The notes: generated by a model from the sequence alone, not told the origin. Numbered from the stretch's first letter, positions 18,566-29,609 are shown. The stretch: 64,000 nucleotides of DNA from Pyrinomonadaceae bacterium (GCA_035645715.1 DASQMB010000056.1:18551-82550), one strand, 5' to 3'. Numbers and translations are program-made.

Positions 18566-18568
18566 GCC

Positions 18569-19570
<1,002 letters not shown>

Positions 19571-20016
19571 TTCACAGAACCAGCGCGAGATGAATCGCAG
19601 GCGTGAGATGAAGCTCAAACGCCTCGGTTCAATCGAACGTGATGTCTTCACCGAAAACGCGAGTTCGTAAGCTCGCCTGCGGCTGCGGCAGGCATCGAAT
19701 GAACGTCGTGCGCCGCTGTTAGTGAGCGGGGGCGGCGCACACGAACTCAACATTCCTTAAACTACAAGCACGAAGATTTCACGAAGAGTCCGAACGCAGC
19801 CTCACGCGCGTCGCCTATCATCCTCTTTCCGAATACATCGTCATCCGTCGTCGCAGGAAATCCGACGCCCGCGAAGACCATCGCTTAATGAATAAAGGCG
19901 AGACGACAGGCCGGGCAGATAGAATAGTTCTCAGGTTTATGTTAAAAATTCCGGCGCGGCCTCAGACGCTTCGGCGTTTTCCCATTCACTTCTAAGACTT
20001 CCCGCTGAGTGTTTCC

Positions 20017-22221
20017 ATGAGTGAGATCAGTCGTAATAAAGGTTTCGAGCGTAGGCTCTCAAGGCTTTTCCCGGCGTTGATTCTCTTCGCGGCTCTCTTT
20101 TGCGGCCTCCTCTTTTTTGTCGGCTCTAAAGCATCTGGGCGCGGACAGTATCCCGCCGGGGACTATTACAGAACAGAGCATTACGCCGGACATGAGGTTG
20201 CTGCCGGTCGCGTGATAGTGAAATTCCGCGACCAGAAGAGCCCCGTCGAGATGGCTCACGTCGAAGCGTCGCTCGATGCAGAGACGAACGAAAGGTTGGG
20301 CGGCACGGGCGCGAGGCTGATTCGCTCGCGCGGCAGAAGCACGCAGGCCCTAATCGAGGAGCTTAAGTCGCGTCCGGATGTTCTCTACGTCGAACCGGAC
20401 TACCTTGCGGCAGGCGGCGCCGCGCCTAACGATTCGCAGTACGGCTTTCTGTGGGGACTGAACAACGCGGGCCAGAGCATACAGGGCACGCCCGGCACGC
20501 CCGGCGCTCACATCGCGGCTCAGGCGGCATGGGATAGAACGACGGGCGCGCGAGACATCGTCGTCGCCATCTCAGATTCGGGCGTTGATTACAACCATCC
20601 GGACCTGAACGCCAACCTGTGGTCGGCGCCAGCCGCTTTCACGGTCAACATCAACGGCCAATCGCTCACCTGCGGCGCGGGCACGCGCGGTTACAATGCG
20701 ATTCTTAACAACTGCGATCCGCTGGACGATCACAATCACGGCACGCACGTGGCCGGAACAATCGGGGCGGCGGGCAACAACGGAGCGGGCGTCGCCGGAG
20801 TGAACTGGCAGACGAGCATGATGGCCGTCAAATGGCTCAACAGCCAGAACGGCGGGTTCATATCCGACGCCATCAAGTCGCTTGAGTTCGTGATTCAGGC
20901 GCGCAATGCGTTTGCGGCTACCGGCGGCGCTGACGTGAGGATAATAAACAACAGTTGGTATGCAGGTTCCAGCTCGAACGCGCTTCTGGATCAGGTTCGG
21001 CGCGTTCAGGCTAACGGCATGCTGTTCGTCGCGATTGCGGGCAATGGAATCAGTAACAATTTCGTCGCTAAAGACAACGACGTTTCGCCGACCTACCCGG
21101 GCAACTACAACGAGCCAAACGTCCTGACCACGGCCGCCACGACCAATCAGGACGGCATCGCTTCCTTCTCTAACTTCGGAAAGACGAGCGTGCATCTGGG
21201 CGCGCCCGGCGCCAACGTTTTCTCGACGATTCGCAACGGCGGTTACGGTTATTTCAATGGCACTTCAATGGCCGCCCCGCACGTCGCAGGGGCCGCGGCG
21301 CTCCTTCTCTCGCGTTGCGACCTTACAGCCGCCGGTTTGAAGGGAACGCTCCTGGCCTACACGGATGCCATACCTGCTCTCGCCGATAAGACTACGAGCG
21401 GCGGGCGTCTTAACGTCAGCAGGGCGCTCGAAGCCTGCGCGGCATACGCCAATATAGCTGACGATGAGCGCTTCTTCGTGCGGCAGCATTATGTGGATTT
21501 CCTCAACCGCGAGCCTGACGCTTCGGGCCTCGCCTTCTGGCTGAATGAGATAACTTCGTGCGGCGGCGACGCGCAGTGCAGGGAAGTGAAGAGGATAAAC
21601 GTCAGCGCCGCTTTCTTCCTCTCTATCGAATTTCAGCAGACGGCCTATCTGGTCTACCGCGCTTACAAGGCGGGATTCGGCAACATACAGGGAAAACCCG
21701 TGCCCATCAGGCGCGAAGAGTTGCTGCCGGAGATGCAGCAGATAGCGCAGGGCGTGATCGTCGGCCAGAGTGGTTGGGAGCAGCGATTGGAGCAGAACAA
21801 GCAGGCGTTCTTCGACCAGTTGGTCACGCGCCAGCGGTTTACAACACTCTACCCGCAGGCGATGTCGGCCGGGCAGTTCGTCGACGCCTTGAACGCCAAT
21901 GCAGGCGGCGTGCTCTCTCAGGCGAAACGCGTTGCGCTCGCGAATGAACTTGCCTCTGGTGCAAGGACGCGCGCGCAGGTTCTTCGCGCCGTCGCCGAAG
22001 ACGCAGACCTCTCTCAGGCCGAGTTTAATCGTGCCTTCGTGCTGATGCAGTACTTCGGTTACATGCGTCGCAATCCGGACGACTCGCCCGACGGCGACTT
22101 CTCAGGATGGCAGTTCTGGCTCTCGAAACTCGACCAGTTCAACGGCAACTTCATCCAGGCCGAGATGGTAAAAGCCTTCATCACATCATTCGAGTACAGG
22201 CGAAGGTTCGGCCCCGTCTGA
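20017..22221 (+). CDS. Secreted S8 subtilase with C-terminal DUF4214-like domain
   Basis: Catalytic contexts are [27 protein letters not shown] and NGTSMAAPHVAGAAALL. The C-terminal region FFVRQHYVDFLNREPDASGLAFWLNEI is typical of DUF4214. GC content and GC3 are visibly lower than in neighbouring genes. Confidence 0.9.
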   Translation: MSEISRNKGFERRLSRLFPALILFAALFCGLLFFVGSKASGRGQYPAGDYYRTEHYAGHEVAAGRVIVKFRDQKSPVEMAHVEASLDAETNERLGGTGARLIRSRGRSTQALIEELKSRPDVLYVEPDYLAAGGAAPNDSQYGFLWGLNNAGQSIQGTPGTPGAHIAAQAAWDRTTGARDIVVAISDSGVDYNHPDLNANLWSAPAAFTVNINGQSLTCGAGTRGYNAILNNCDPLDDHNHGTHVAGTIGAAGNNGAGVAGVNWQTSMMAVKWLNSQNGGFISDAIKSLEFVIQARNAFAATGGADVRIINNSWYAGSSSNALLDQVRRVQANGMLFVAIAGNGISNNFVAKDNDVSPTYPGNYNEPNVLTTAATTNQDGIASFSNFGKTSVHLGAPGANVFSTIRNGGYGYFNGTSMAAPHVAGAAALLLSRCDLTAAGLKGTLLAYTDAIPALADKTTSGGRLNVSRALEACAAYANIADDERFFVRQHYVDFLNREPDASGLAFWLNEITSCGGDAQCREVKRINVSAAFFLSIEFQQTAYLVYRAYKAGFGNIQGKPVPIRREELLPEMQQIAQGVIVGQSGWEQRLEQNKQAFFDQLVTRQRFTTLYPQAMSAGQFVDALNANAGGVLSQAKRVALANELASGARTRAQVLRAVAEDADLSQAEFNRAFVLMQYFGYMRRNPDDSPDGDFSGWQFWLSKLDQFNGNFIQAEMVKAFITSFEYRRRFGPV

Positions 22222-22247
22222 TTGGCGCTCTGACCGCATGGAGGGAA

Positions 22248-22287
22248 GAGGGGGGGCGAATCACCACTGTGATGATTCGCCCCCCTC
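22248..22287. terminator. Bidirectional terminator between convergent genes
   Basis: The stem is gagggggggcgaatca / tgattcgcccccctc, followed by ccatcttctt. Confidence 0.7.
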
Positions 22288-22336
22288 TCCATCTTCTTAC
22301 TGTGACAGTTTCGCGCCGACGTACGTCCGAAGGGCG

Positions 22337-25240
22337 TCAGGCGAGCGGGCCTGTCCCCTGCTCGTGCGTCGAAGCGAGGTCGCCCGCTACGACGACCGTG
22401 AGATGGTCCGGACGAAAGTACCTGCGCACGGCCGCGTTGACCTCTTCGAGCGTGACGGCGCGGACGATCTCCGGGAATCGCTCGACGTAGTCGAGCCCGA
22501 GGCGGTAGAACTCGGCGTTCCAGAGCGCCGAGGCCAGCCCCGCGTTGGTCGAGAGCGAAACCTTGAACGAGCCGACGACCGAGGATTTCTCGTCGGCCAG
22601 CTCCTCGGGCCGGATGCCCTCGGCGACGTACCCGCGCAGGACTTGGAGCGCCGACGTAATCGCACGCTCGACGTTCTGCGGGTTGACCGAAACGGCGATG
22701 TACCACGGACCCGCAGCCAGCCCCGGCGAGCGGAAGCGCGAGGCGATGCCGTAAGTCAGCCCCTCCGCGTCGCGCACCTGTAGTCCGAGGCGCGAGGAGA
22801 GCGTTGACTCGCCGAGCGCGCGGTTGGCGATGAGCGCCGCGTAGTAGTCCGACGAGTCGCGCCGGAGCGGGGCGGCCGACCCGAGCAGCACGTCCACGTT
22901 GGCCTTGTCCCGTACCACGACCACCTCGCGCCGTGTGCCCTCGGCCGGCGTCGGGTCGGATACGTCTACCTCAACGCTCTCGGGGCCGCCGAAGTCCTGG
23001 AACAGCTCGCGGAAGAGGGCACGCGCCTGCTCGGCCGCCACGCCGCCCGCGACCGAGAGGATCAGCGAGCGCCCGCCGTAGCGCCGCTCGTAGAAGCCGC
23101 GCACGTCATCTACCGTGATCGAGCCGACGCTCTCGATGAGCCTCTCGCCGGCGTGGGTGTAGAAGGGGCTGGCCTCGTCGAAGAGGAGCTGGGTCAGCCG
23201 CTCGTAGGCGCGCCAGGTCGTCTCCGACTGCTGCTCGCGGATGGCCGCGATGGTCTGCTGCTTGAGCTTCTCCAACTCGTCGGCCGGGAACGAAGGCTCG
23301 CGCAGCATCTCGGCCAGGGCGCCCAGCACGAGGGGGAAGTCTTCGGCGAGCGCGCGACCGCGGACGTGAACGGCGAACTGGTCGGCCGAGAAAGACAGCT
23401 CGGCCCCGGCGCCTTCGAGCGCGCCGGCCAGTTCGAGCTTCGTGCGGCGGCGCGTGCCGCGCTCAAGCATCTCGGCCGTGAGGGCGGCGAGGCCCGGCCT
23501 GTCGCGGGGCTCGAAGAAGGAGCCGGCGCGCAGGCTCGCGCGCAGCGCCACGGTCGGCGTCGCGGGGTTCTCGACGGCGAGCAGCACGGCGCCCGTCTCC
23601 AACTCCTCGCGCCTGACCCGCGCCGCGAAGCCCGCACCCGCGTGCGCGGGGCCGCCGCCCGCGCGCTCCGGCGCACCCTCATCGCCCGCCGCAGCCCGTG
23701 GGTCGCGGTAGTACTTCCAACCGTGCGGGCGCGCCGCCGCGGGCCGCACAGCCCGTAACCGCGCCGCGCCCGTGCCGCCCCCGTCGCTCATGCCGCCCGT
23801 GCCGCCTGTGCTGCCCGTACCGCCCGTGTCGTTTGTGCCGCCTGCCTCATCGCCGTTCGGGCCGCCTCCGCCGTTCCTGCTCGCGCCGTTGCTCTGCTTC
23901 GGGACGAAGTGGCCGACGGTGCGGTTGTCTTCGGTCAGGTAGCGCAGGGCAGCGCGGCTCACGTCGTCGCCCGTGACGCGGGCGACGTTGCGCGCGTAGC
24001 TGTTGTAGAAGCGCCAGTCGGCCACCGCCTCGGCCTCGGACATCTGCATGGCGACGTTGTGCGTGCCGTCGCGCTCGTAGGCCACGGCCGCCGCGATCTG
24101 GCGGCGGGCCTTCACGACTTCCTCATCGGTCAGGCCCTCGGCCGCGCGCGCGATCTCGCCGAGGATGGCCTCCTCGACGCGCCGCGGCTCGACGCCCGGC
24201 GCGGCCGTCGCGTAGACGTTGAAGAGGCCGGGGTCTCGGAACTGGTCCAGGCGCGCGTCCACGCTGACGGCCAGCTCGGTCTCGACCAGGGCCTGATAGA
24301 GCCGACTGGTGACGCCGTTCGAGAGCACGGAGGCGAACACGGCCAGCGGGAAGATGTCGTTCTCGGCCGGGGCCTTGAGCGCCCGCTCGGACAGCTCCGC
24401 GTTCGAGAGCACGCGCGTCTGCCCGAGCGCGGCCGGGGTGCGGAAGGCTATCTGCACGAGCGGCAGCTCGCCCGCGCGGCGCACCACGAGGCGGCGCTCG
24501 CCCTCCTGCGGCGGCTCGTCTGTGTAGACCTCCGGGATGGGGCGGTCGGAGGCCGGGAAGGCGCCGAAATACTTCTCGGCGAGGCCGAGGGCACGCGCCT
24601 CGTCGAAGTCGCCGACGACGATGGCGGTCGCGTTGTTCGGGTGGTAGAAGGTGTCGTAAAACTCCTTGAGCCGCGAGGTCGGGACGTTCTCCACGTCGGC
24701 GCGCCAGCCGATGGTCGGGTGATGATACGGGTGCTCGCGGAAGGCCGCTGCGTAGACAGCCTCGTCGAGCACCAGGAGCGGCTCGTTCTGCCCGCGCTCC
24801 AGCTCGTTGCGCACGACGGTCATCTCCGACTGGCGGTCCTCGTCGGCGATGAAGGAGTTGCGCATCCGGTCGGCTTCGAGCCGGACGGCCAGTTCGAGTT
24901 CGTCCGAGGGGACGGTCTCGAAGTAGTTGGTGCGGTCGTACCAGGTCGTCGCGTTGTAGTCGGCCCCGACCCGCTGGAGCGTGGCCGCGATCTGCGTCCC
25001 GCGCCGCTTGTTGAACTCGGGCGTGCCCTTGAAGAGCAGGTGTTCGAGCAGGTGCGTGGCGCCCGTGTACCCCACCGCCTCGTTGCGCGAGCCGACGCGG
25101 TAGACGACCAGAAACGTCACCACCGGCGCCACCCTGTTCTCGACCAGCAGCAGCTTCAGGCCGTTCGCCAGGCGGTACTCGCGCACGCCCTCCTCTTCGG
25201 CCACGAACGCGGCCCCGCCAGACTGTCCTTGGACACTCAC
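22337..25240 (-). CDS. Fused two-module M16 (pitrilysin/insulinase) family zinc peptidase
   Basis: The ORF is 967 aa. The N-terminal module has the HxxEH motif HLLEHLLFKGT. A Gly/Thr low-complexity linker (GGTNDTGGTGSTGGTGG) precedes a second M16-like module that lacks HxxEH. Confidence 0.9.
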   Translation of the reverse strand: MSVQGQSGGAAFVAEEEGVREYRLANGLKLLLVENRVAPVVTFLVVYRVGSRNEAVGYTGATHLLEHLLFKGTPEFNKRRGTQIAATLQRVGADYNATTWYDRTNYFETVPSDELELAVRLEADRMRNSFIADEDRQSEMTVVRNELERGQNEPLLVLDEAVYAAAFREHPYHHPTIGWRADVENVPTSRLKEFYDTFYHPNNATAIVVGDFDEARALGLAEKYFGAFPASDRPIPEVYTDEPPQEGERRLVVRRAGELPLVQIAFRTPAALGQTRVLSNAELSERALKAPAENDIFPLAVFASVLSNGVTSRLYQALVETELAVSVDARLDQFRDPGLFNVYATAAPGVEPRRVEEAILGEIARAAEGLTDEEVVKARRQIAAAVAYERDGTHNVAMQMSEAEAVADWRFYNSYARNVARVTGDDVSRAALRYLTEDNRTVGHFVPKQSNGASRNGGGGPNGDEAGGTNDTGGTGSTGGTGGMSDGGGTGAARLRAVRPAAARPHGWKYYRDPRAAAGDEGAPERAGGGPAHAGAGFAARVRREELETGAVLLAVENPATPTVALRASLRAGSFFEPRDRPGLAALTAEMLERGTRRRTKLELAGALEGAGAELSFSADQFAVHVRGRALAEDFPLVLGALAEMLREPSFPADELEKLKQQTIAAIREQQSETTWRAYERLTQLLFDEASPFYTHAGERLIESVGSITVDDVRGFYERRYGGRSLILSVAGGVAAEQARALFRELFQDFGGPESVEVDVSDPTPAEGTRREVVVVRDKANVDVLLGSAAPLRRDSSDYYAALIANRALGESTLSSRLGLQVRDAEGLTYGIASRFRSPGLAAGPWYIAVSVNPQNVERAITSALQVLRGYVAEGIRPEELADEKSSVVGSFKVSLSTNAGLASALWNAEFYRLGLDYVERFPEIVRAVTLEEVNAAVRRYFRPDHLTVVVAGDLASTHEQGTGPLA

Positions 25241-25387
25241 TCGGATGAACCTCTCCTCGACGAAAATTCGGGGGAACGTTCGGGGTGTGCCATGCTACCA
25301 AACAGCCGGACGCGGCGGCGAGCGGCCGCCGGCCCGCGCGGCCGGGCGCGGCGTGTCGGGCGCCTCTGGCTTTGTGGCACAAAGAGC

Positions 25388-25416
25388 TTGACAGGGGCGC
25401 TTCCGCGGGTTATCGT
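25388..25416 (+). promoter_or_regulatory. Sigma70-like promoter, probably giving a near-leaderless mRNA
   Basis: TTGACA (25388..25393), a 17-nt spacer, then TATCGT (25411..25416). The ATG at 25426 lies only 10 nt after the -10 box. Confidence 0.45.
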
Positions 25417-25425
25417 CCGGGCAGC

Positions 25426-26049
25426 ATGGCCGTCGTCAGGATGTTCAGGGAAGAGACGAGCGGGGCGGAGCCGCCCCCGGCGCTGCACGACCGCGCGATG
25501 GACAACCTGCGCTTCATCCGCGAGGCGATGGAGCGCGCCTCCTCGTTTACGGCCGTGCCCGGAAGGGGGCAGGTCGCCATCGGCCTGACGGCGCTGGCGG
25601 CGACCTTCTTCGCGGCGCGGCAGCCGGACGCCGCCGGCTGGCTCGCCGTCTGGATGGCAGAGTTCTGCGTCTCGTTCGTGATCGCCGGCTGGGCCATGTG
25701 GCGGAAGTCGCGGGCGGCCGACACGCCGCTGCTGTCGCGGCCGTTCTGGAAACTGGCCGTCAACTTCTCGCCGCCGATGTTCGTCGGCGCGCTCCTCACG
25801 ATAGTCTTCATCAGGGTCGGTTTGACGGGGTTCCTGCCCGGCGTCTGGCTCCTGCTCTACGGGGCGGGCGTCGTCACGGGCGGGGCCTTTTCGGTGCGCC
25901 CGGTCCCGGTCATGGGGCTCTGCTTCATGGCACTGGGGGCGGTCGCCCTGTTCTGTCCGCCCGAATGGGGCCACGCCTTCATGGCCGCCGGGTTCGGGCT
26001 GCTGCACGTCCTCTTCGGACTGCACATAGCGAGGAACTACGGTGGCTAG
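25426..26049 (+). CDS. Hypothetical polytopic membrane protein
   Basis: It has several hydrophobic helices ([52 protein letters not shown] and others). It overlaps the downstream regulator gene by 8 nt. Confidence 0.7.
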   Translation: MAVVRMFREETSGAEPPPALHDRAMDNLRFIREAMERASSFTAVPGRGQVAIGLTALAATFFAARQPDAAGWLAVWMAEFCVSFVIAGWAMWRKSRAADTPLLSRPFWKLAVNFSPPMFVGALLTIVFIRVGLTGFLPGVWLLLYGAGVVTGGAFSVRPVPVMGLCFMALGAVALFCPPEWGHAFMAAGFGLLHVLFGLHIARNYGG

Positions 26050-26467
26050 ACAAAGCGCACTTCCGAAGGAGTCGGGCCGCGCCAGGGCCGGCGCGAAGCA
26101 GGAGCAGGAGAGCAACCGGCCGCGGCAAACCGTCCAGCGCCAGCAGCCGAAAGGGGCCGGAAGCCCGGCGGCGGCGGCCGACCTCGACCGTCTCATCCAC
26201 GAGCGCGTCCGCCTCGCCATCGTCAGCGCGCTCGCGGTCAACGAGTCGCTCACCTTCAACGAACTCAAGCAACTCCTGAACACCACAGACGGCAACCTGA
26301 GCGTCCACGCGCGCAAGCTCGAAGAGGCCGAGTACGTCGTCTGCAACAAGTATTTCGACGGGCGCACGCCGAAGACCGAGTACCGCCTGACGGCCGCAGG
26401 CCGCCGCGCCCTCGAACACTACCTGAACCACATGGAGAGCCTGATCCGCGCCGCGCGCGGGGGCTGA
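26042..26467 (+). CDS. Winged-helix (ArsR/MarR-like) transcriptional regulator with basic disordered N-terminus
   Basis: The C-terminal ~90 aa read [68 protein letters not shown], which is a wHTH pattern. The start codon is GTG. Confidence 0.8.
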   Translation: MARQSALPKESGRARAGAKQEQESNRPRQTVQRQQPKGAGSPAAAADLDRLIHERVRLAIVSALAVNESLTFNELKQLLNTTDGNLSVHARKLEEAEYVVCNKYFDGRTPKTEYRLTAAGRRALEHYLNHMESLIRAARGG

Positions 26468-26474
26468 GGGGCGG

Positions 26475-26503
26475 GTCGGCCCGTGGCGGCCGACTATTTT
26501 TTT
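26475..26503 (+). terminator. Intrinsic terminator after the regulator gene
   Basis: The stem is gtcggcc / ggccgac, followed by tattttttt. Confidence 0.65.
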
Positions 26504-26613
26504 GCAAGCTTGCTTTACAGTGCAAAGTCATTTGCGAGATGCGGCGCGGCAGCAGTGACGTGCGAAGGGGCGCGACCCGGGCGGCGTCACGAAAAAAGTG
26601 AAAGGGGTGGGGG

Positions 26614-26913
26614 ATGAGTCTATGTTCATCTCGGAGGCGCAGGCGCAGGGCGGCGGCTTCGATCCTGAGGCTGGCGCTGCTGGCCGCGCCGGTCCTCTTC
26701 TGGGCGGTGGTCTTCGCGGCGCTTGCGGGCGTAAGTCCGGCCGAGCGGGCGGTCGAAGGGCTGACCGGCGCGGCGCAGGTTCCGGCCGCCGTGGCCTGCC
26801 CGCTCGTCGCGGTCCTGCTCGGCTGCGGCGCGCTGCGGGGCGGCGCGGCGGGCCGCGGTGCGTCGGCCGGGCGCTTTCCGCCGGTGAGAAAGGAGTCGGG
26901 GGAAGATGTCTGA
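26614..26913 (+). CDS. Small membrane protein (99 aa), translationally coupled to the next gene
   Basis: An Arg run is followed by two hydrophobic helices, and GC3 is high. The stop overlaps the ATG of the 26906 gene, and an AAGGAG sequence lies inside its 3' end. Confidence 0.5.
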   Translation: MSLCSSRRRRRRAAASILRLALLAAPVLFWAVVFAALAGVSPAERAVEGLTGAAQVPAAVACPLVAVLLGCGALRGGAAGRGASAGRFPPVRKESGEDV

Positions 26914-29068
26914 GAAGACGAGGCTGGGGCTGTGGGTACTGGGGGTCGGTCTGACGCTGGGGCTGGCGGGCGACGTGCTGCTGCGCGCGACGCCCTGGGG
27001 GCTGAACTTCGCGCTCTGGGTCGGGGCGCTGGCGGCCGCGGCGCTGGCGTTGAAGATGCGAGCGGGCCGCTGCCGGGACGGAAACACTGGCGACGGTGGA
27101 GGCGGGACGGCCGACTCGGGGCGTTCCCTCGTCGGCAACCCGGGCAGCGCCCCGGTCGGCGACTCGGGGCGCGCCTTCTCCGGCGGCTCGGACCGTATCT
27201 TCGCCGGCGGCCTCGGCAGTGTCTTCGCGGACGAGGGCGCCTGGGCGCTGCCGTGCGCGTTCGCCTTCGCGTTGGCCTTCGCCTGGCGCGACTCGCCGGC
27301 GCTGCTCGCGCTCGACGCGCTGGCCGTCCTCGCGCTGCTCTCGGTGGCGCTGCTCGGCGGGCGCGGCGGGCGCGTGCTACGCGCCGGGCCGACCGACTAC
27401 TGGCTGGCGGGGCTGGCCGCGGGAGTGGCGGCGGCGTTCGCGCCGCTGCTGCTGGTGGGCGCCGACGTGAAGTGGGGCGAGGTGCCGCGCAGGGGCTGGA
27501 CGAGACACGCCGTGGCGGCGCTGCGCGGCCTCCTGATAGCCGTGCCGCTGCTGCTGCTCTTCGGCGGGCTCTTCACAGCGGCTGACGCGGCCTACGCCGG
27601 CCTCGTCAACCGCACCTTCAACCTCGACCCCGACCTGGCCTTATCGCACCTCTGCCTTACCCTCTTCTTCGCCTGGATAAGCGCCGGTTACCTGCGCAGC
27701 CTCGTGCTGGGGCAGGCGGGCAAAGGGGACCGCGGCGCGCGCACGGCCCGCCACGTGTTCGGCTTCTACTCGGACGAGCGGCCCGCGCCGGTCGTCAGCA
27801 TGAACCTCGGCGCGGCGTCCGGCTACAACTCTCCGACAATCAACACCGGCGCGGCGCGAAGAGGGGGCGCGGCGACTGACTACCGGATGCCGCCGCCGAG
27901 CGTCACGGAGTTAACGGGCGATGCGGCGAGGCCGGCCCCGCCCTCCGTCGTCGGAGAGCCGCCGCGGCCGGCCGGGCCTGAGTTCGCGCCCGAGCCCGCC
28001 GCGTCAACCGAACCGGGCGCGCCGAGCGAGCGAGCCGCGCGGGCCGAGTCGGCCGCGCCGCCGGATGAGACTGCAAATAAGACTGCGGGTGAGACCGGCG
28101 CGGCGGGGCAGGCCGAGGCGACACGGGCCGCGGAGCCCCCGAAGACCGACATCTGGGGCGGGATACGGCTCGGCTTGGTCGAGGTCGCCGTCGCTCTGGG
28201 CCTGCTGAACGCCCTCTTCGTGAGCTTCGTGGCCGTGCAGATACGCTACCTGTTCGGCGGCGCGGCGCTGGTGGCGGAGACGGCCGGGATGACCTACGCC
28301 GAGTACGCGCGGCGCGGCTTCTTCGAGCTGGTCTGGGTGGCGGCGCTGGTGCTGCCGCTGCTGCTCGCGGCCCACTGGCTGCTGCGTCATGAGCGGCCGG
28401 CGCACGAGCGAGTCTTCCGCCTGCTGGCCGGCGGGCTGCTCTCGATGCTCTTCGTGGTGCTGGCGTCGGCGCTCTGGCGGATGAGGCTTTACCAGGGCGA
28501 GTACGGGCAGACTGAGCTGCGCTTCTACACGACGGCCTTCATCGGGTGGCTGGCGCTGGTCTTCGTCTGGTTCGCGCTGACGGTGCTGCGCGGGCGGCGT
28601 GAGCTTTTCGCCTTCGGCGCGTTGGTCGCCGCACTCGCGGTGCTCGGCGCGCTCAACTTCGTCAACCCGAGCGCGCGCATCGTGCGGGCCAACGCCGCGC
28701 TGGCGCGCGAGCGCGGGACCTTCGACGCGGCCTACGCCGCATCGCTCGGCGCCGACGCCGTCCCGGCCCTGCTCGAAGCCGCGCCGCAACTCGGCCGCAG
28801 GGACCGCGCGGAGGTTGCCCGCCGCCTGCTCGAACAGGATTGGGGCGCGGAGGACTGGCGTTCCTGGAACCTGTCGCGCGCCCTGGCCCGCCGTGCTGTC
28901 GTCGAAGACGAGGCGGCGCTGCGCGGGTGGGCACCGGCGCCCGAGCCGGAGGCCGTACCGGCGCCCGAGCCGAAGGCCGCGCCGGTGCCCGCCTCGCCCG
29001 CCTCGCCCGCCCCGCCCGCGGGGGCCGAGAGCGGGAGGGCCGCGGCTCAGGGCGTCGGGTCCGAGTAG
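26906..29068 (+). CDS. Large polytopic membrane protein (DUF4153/DUF4173-like by recollection)
   Basis: The ORF is 720 aa with many TM helices, interrupted by a long Pro/Ala-rich, probably disordered loop (about aa 300-400). Confidence 0.85.
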   Translation: MSEKTRLGLWVLGVGLTLGLAGDVLLRATPWGLNFALWVGALAAAALALKMRAGRCRDGNTGDGGGGTADSGRSLVGNPGSAPVGDSGRAFSGGSDRIFAGGLGSVFADEGAWALPCAFAFALAFAWRDSPALLALDALAVLALLSVALLGGRGGRVLRAGPTDYWLAGLAAGVAAAFAPLLLVGADVKWGEVPRRGWTRHAVAALRGLLIAVPLLLLFGGLFTAADAAYAGLVNRTFNLDPDLALSHLCLTLFFAWISAGYLRSLVLGQAGKGDRGARTARHVFGFYSDERPAPVVSMNLGAASGYNSPTINTGAARRGGAATDYRMPPPSVTELTGDAARPAPPSVVGEPPRPAGPEFAPEPAASTEPGAPSERAARAESAAPPDETANKTAGETGAAGQAEATRAAEPPKTDIWGGIRLGLVEVAVALGLLNALFVSFVAVQIRYLFGGAALVAETAGMTYAEYARRGFFELVWVAALVLPLLLAAHWLLRHERPAHERVFRLLAGGLLSMLFVVLASALWRMRLYQGEYGQTELRFYTTAFIGWLALVFVWFALTVLRGRRELFAFGALVAALAVLGALNFVNPSARIVRANAALARERGTFDAAYAASLGADAVPALLEAAPQLGRRDRAEVARRLLEQDWGAEDWRSWNLSRALARRAVVEDEAALRGWAPAPEPEAVPAPEPKAAPVPASPASPAPPAGAESGRAAAQGVGSE

Positions 29069-29609
29069 GGGCGCGCGGCCCGCATGCGGTTGGCGAACTT
29101 CTCGGCGATCTTGTTGGGGATGTTCTTGCCGAGGAGGACCGAGCGCGTCTTGCCGCTGGTGACGACGAGCATCGTCTTCGGGTCGAGGACGGTGAAGCTG
29201 TGGCGGCGGCTGAAAGCCTTGCGCGTGATCTCGATGACGAGGTCGGCCTCGTTCTCGTTGCGCGTGATGACGAGGCCCCAGGCGCGGCACAGCCTCTCGG
29301 AACGCGCGGGGCGCGGCGGCGAGGCGAGGGAAGGGCAGGTCTAAGTCGAGGCCGACCAGGACCAGGCGAGGCTCTCGCCTCGTATCGTTTCCGTATTTGC
29401 GGCCTCCGGCGGGTCGCGTTTGGCTACACGCCTCGGCAGTTTTCCCTCAAAGTTTCGGGGAAAACGAGGCGGGCGGCGCCCGCGACGACGGCGGCCCGCC
29501 AGTTGCAGTTTCGGACGGCCAGAAGAGGCTGTGCGCGGGCGAGGTAAGTCTCTAAGGCTCGCGCCGCCGCAGAGCGTCTTTCAGCGAACAAGGGGAGGGG
29601 AGCGAAGTC

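Noticed and set aside
23760-23880. Repetitive cgtgccgcc-type nucleotide periodicity, which could be a possible repeat array.
   Set aside because: It lies in frame within the M16 fusion gene and simply encodes a Gly/Thr-rich inter-module linker. It has no spacer-repeat structure.
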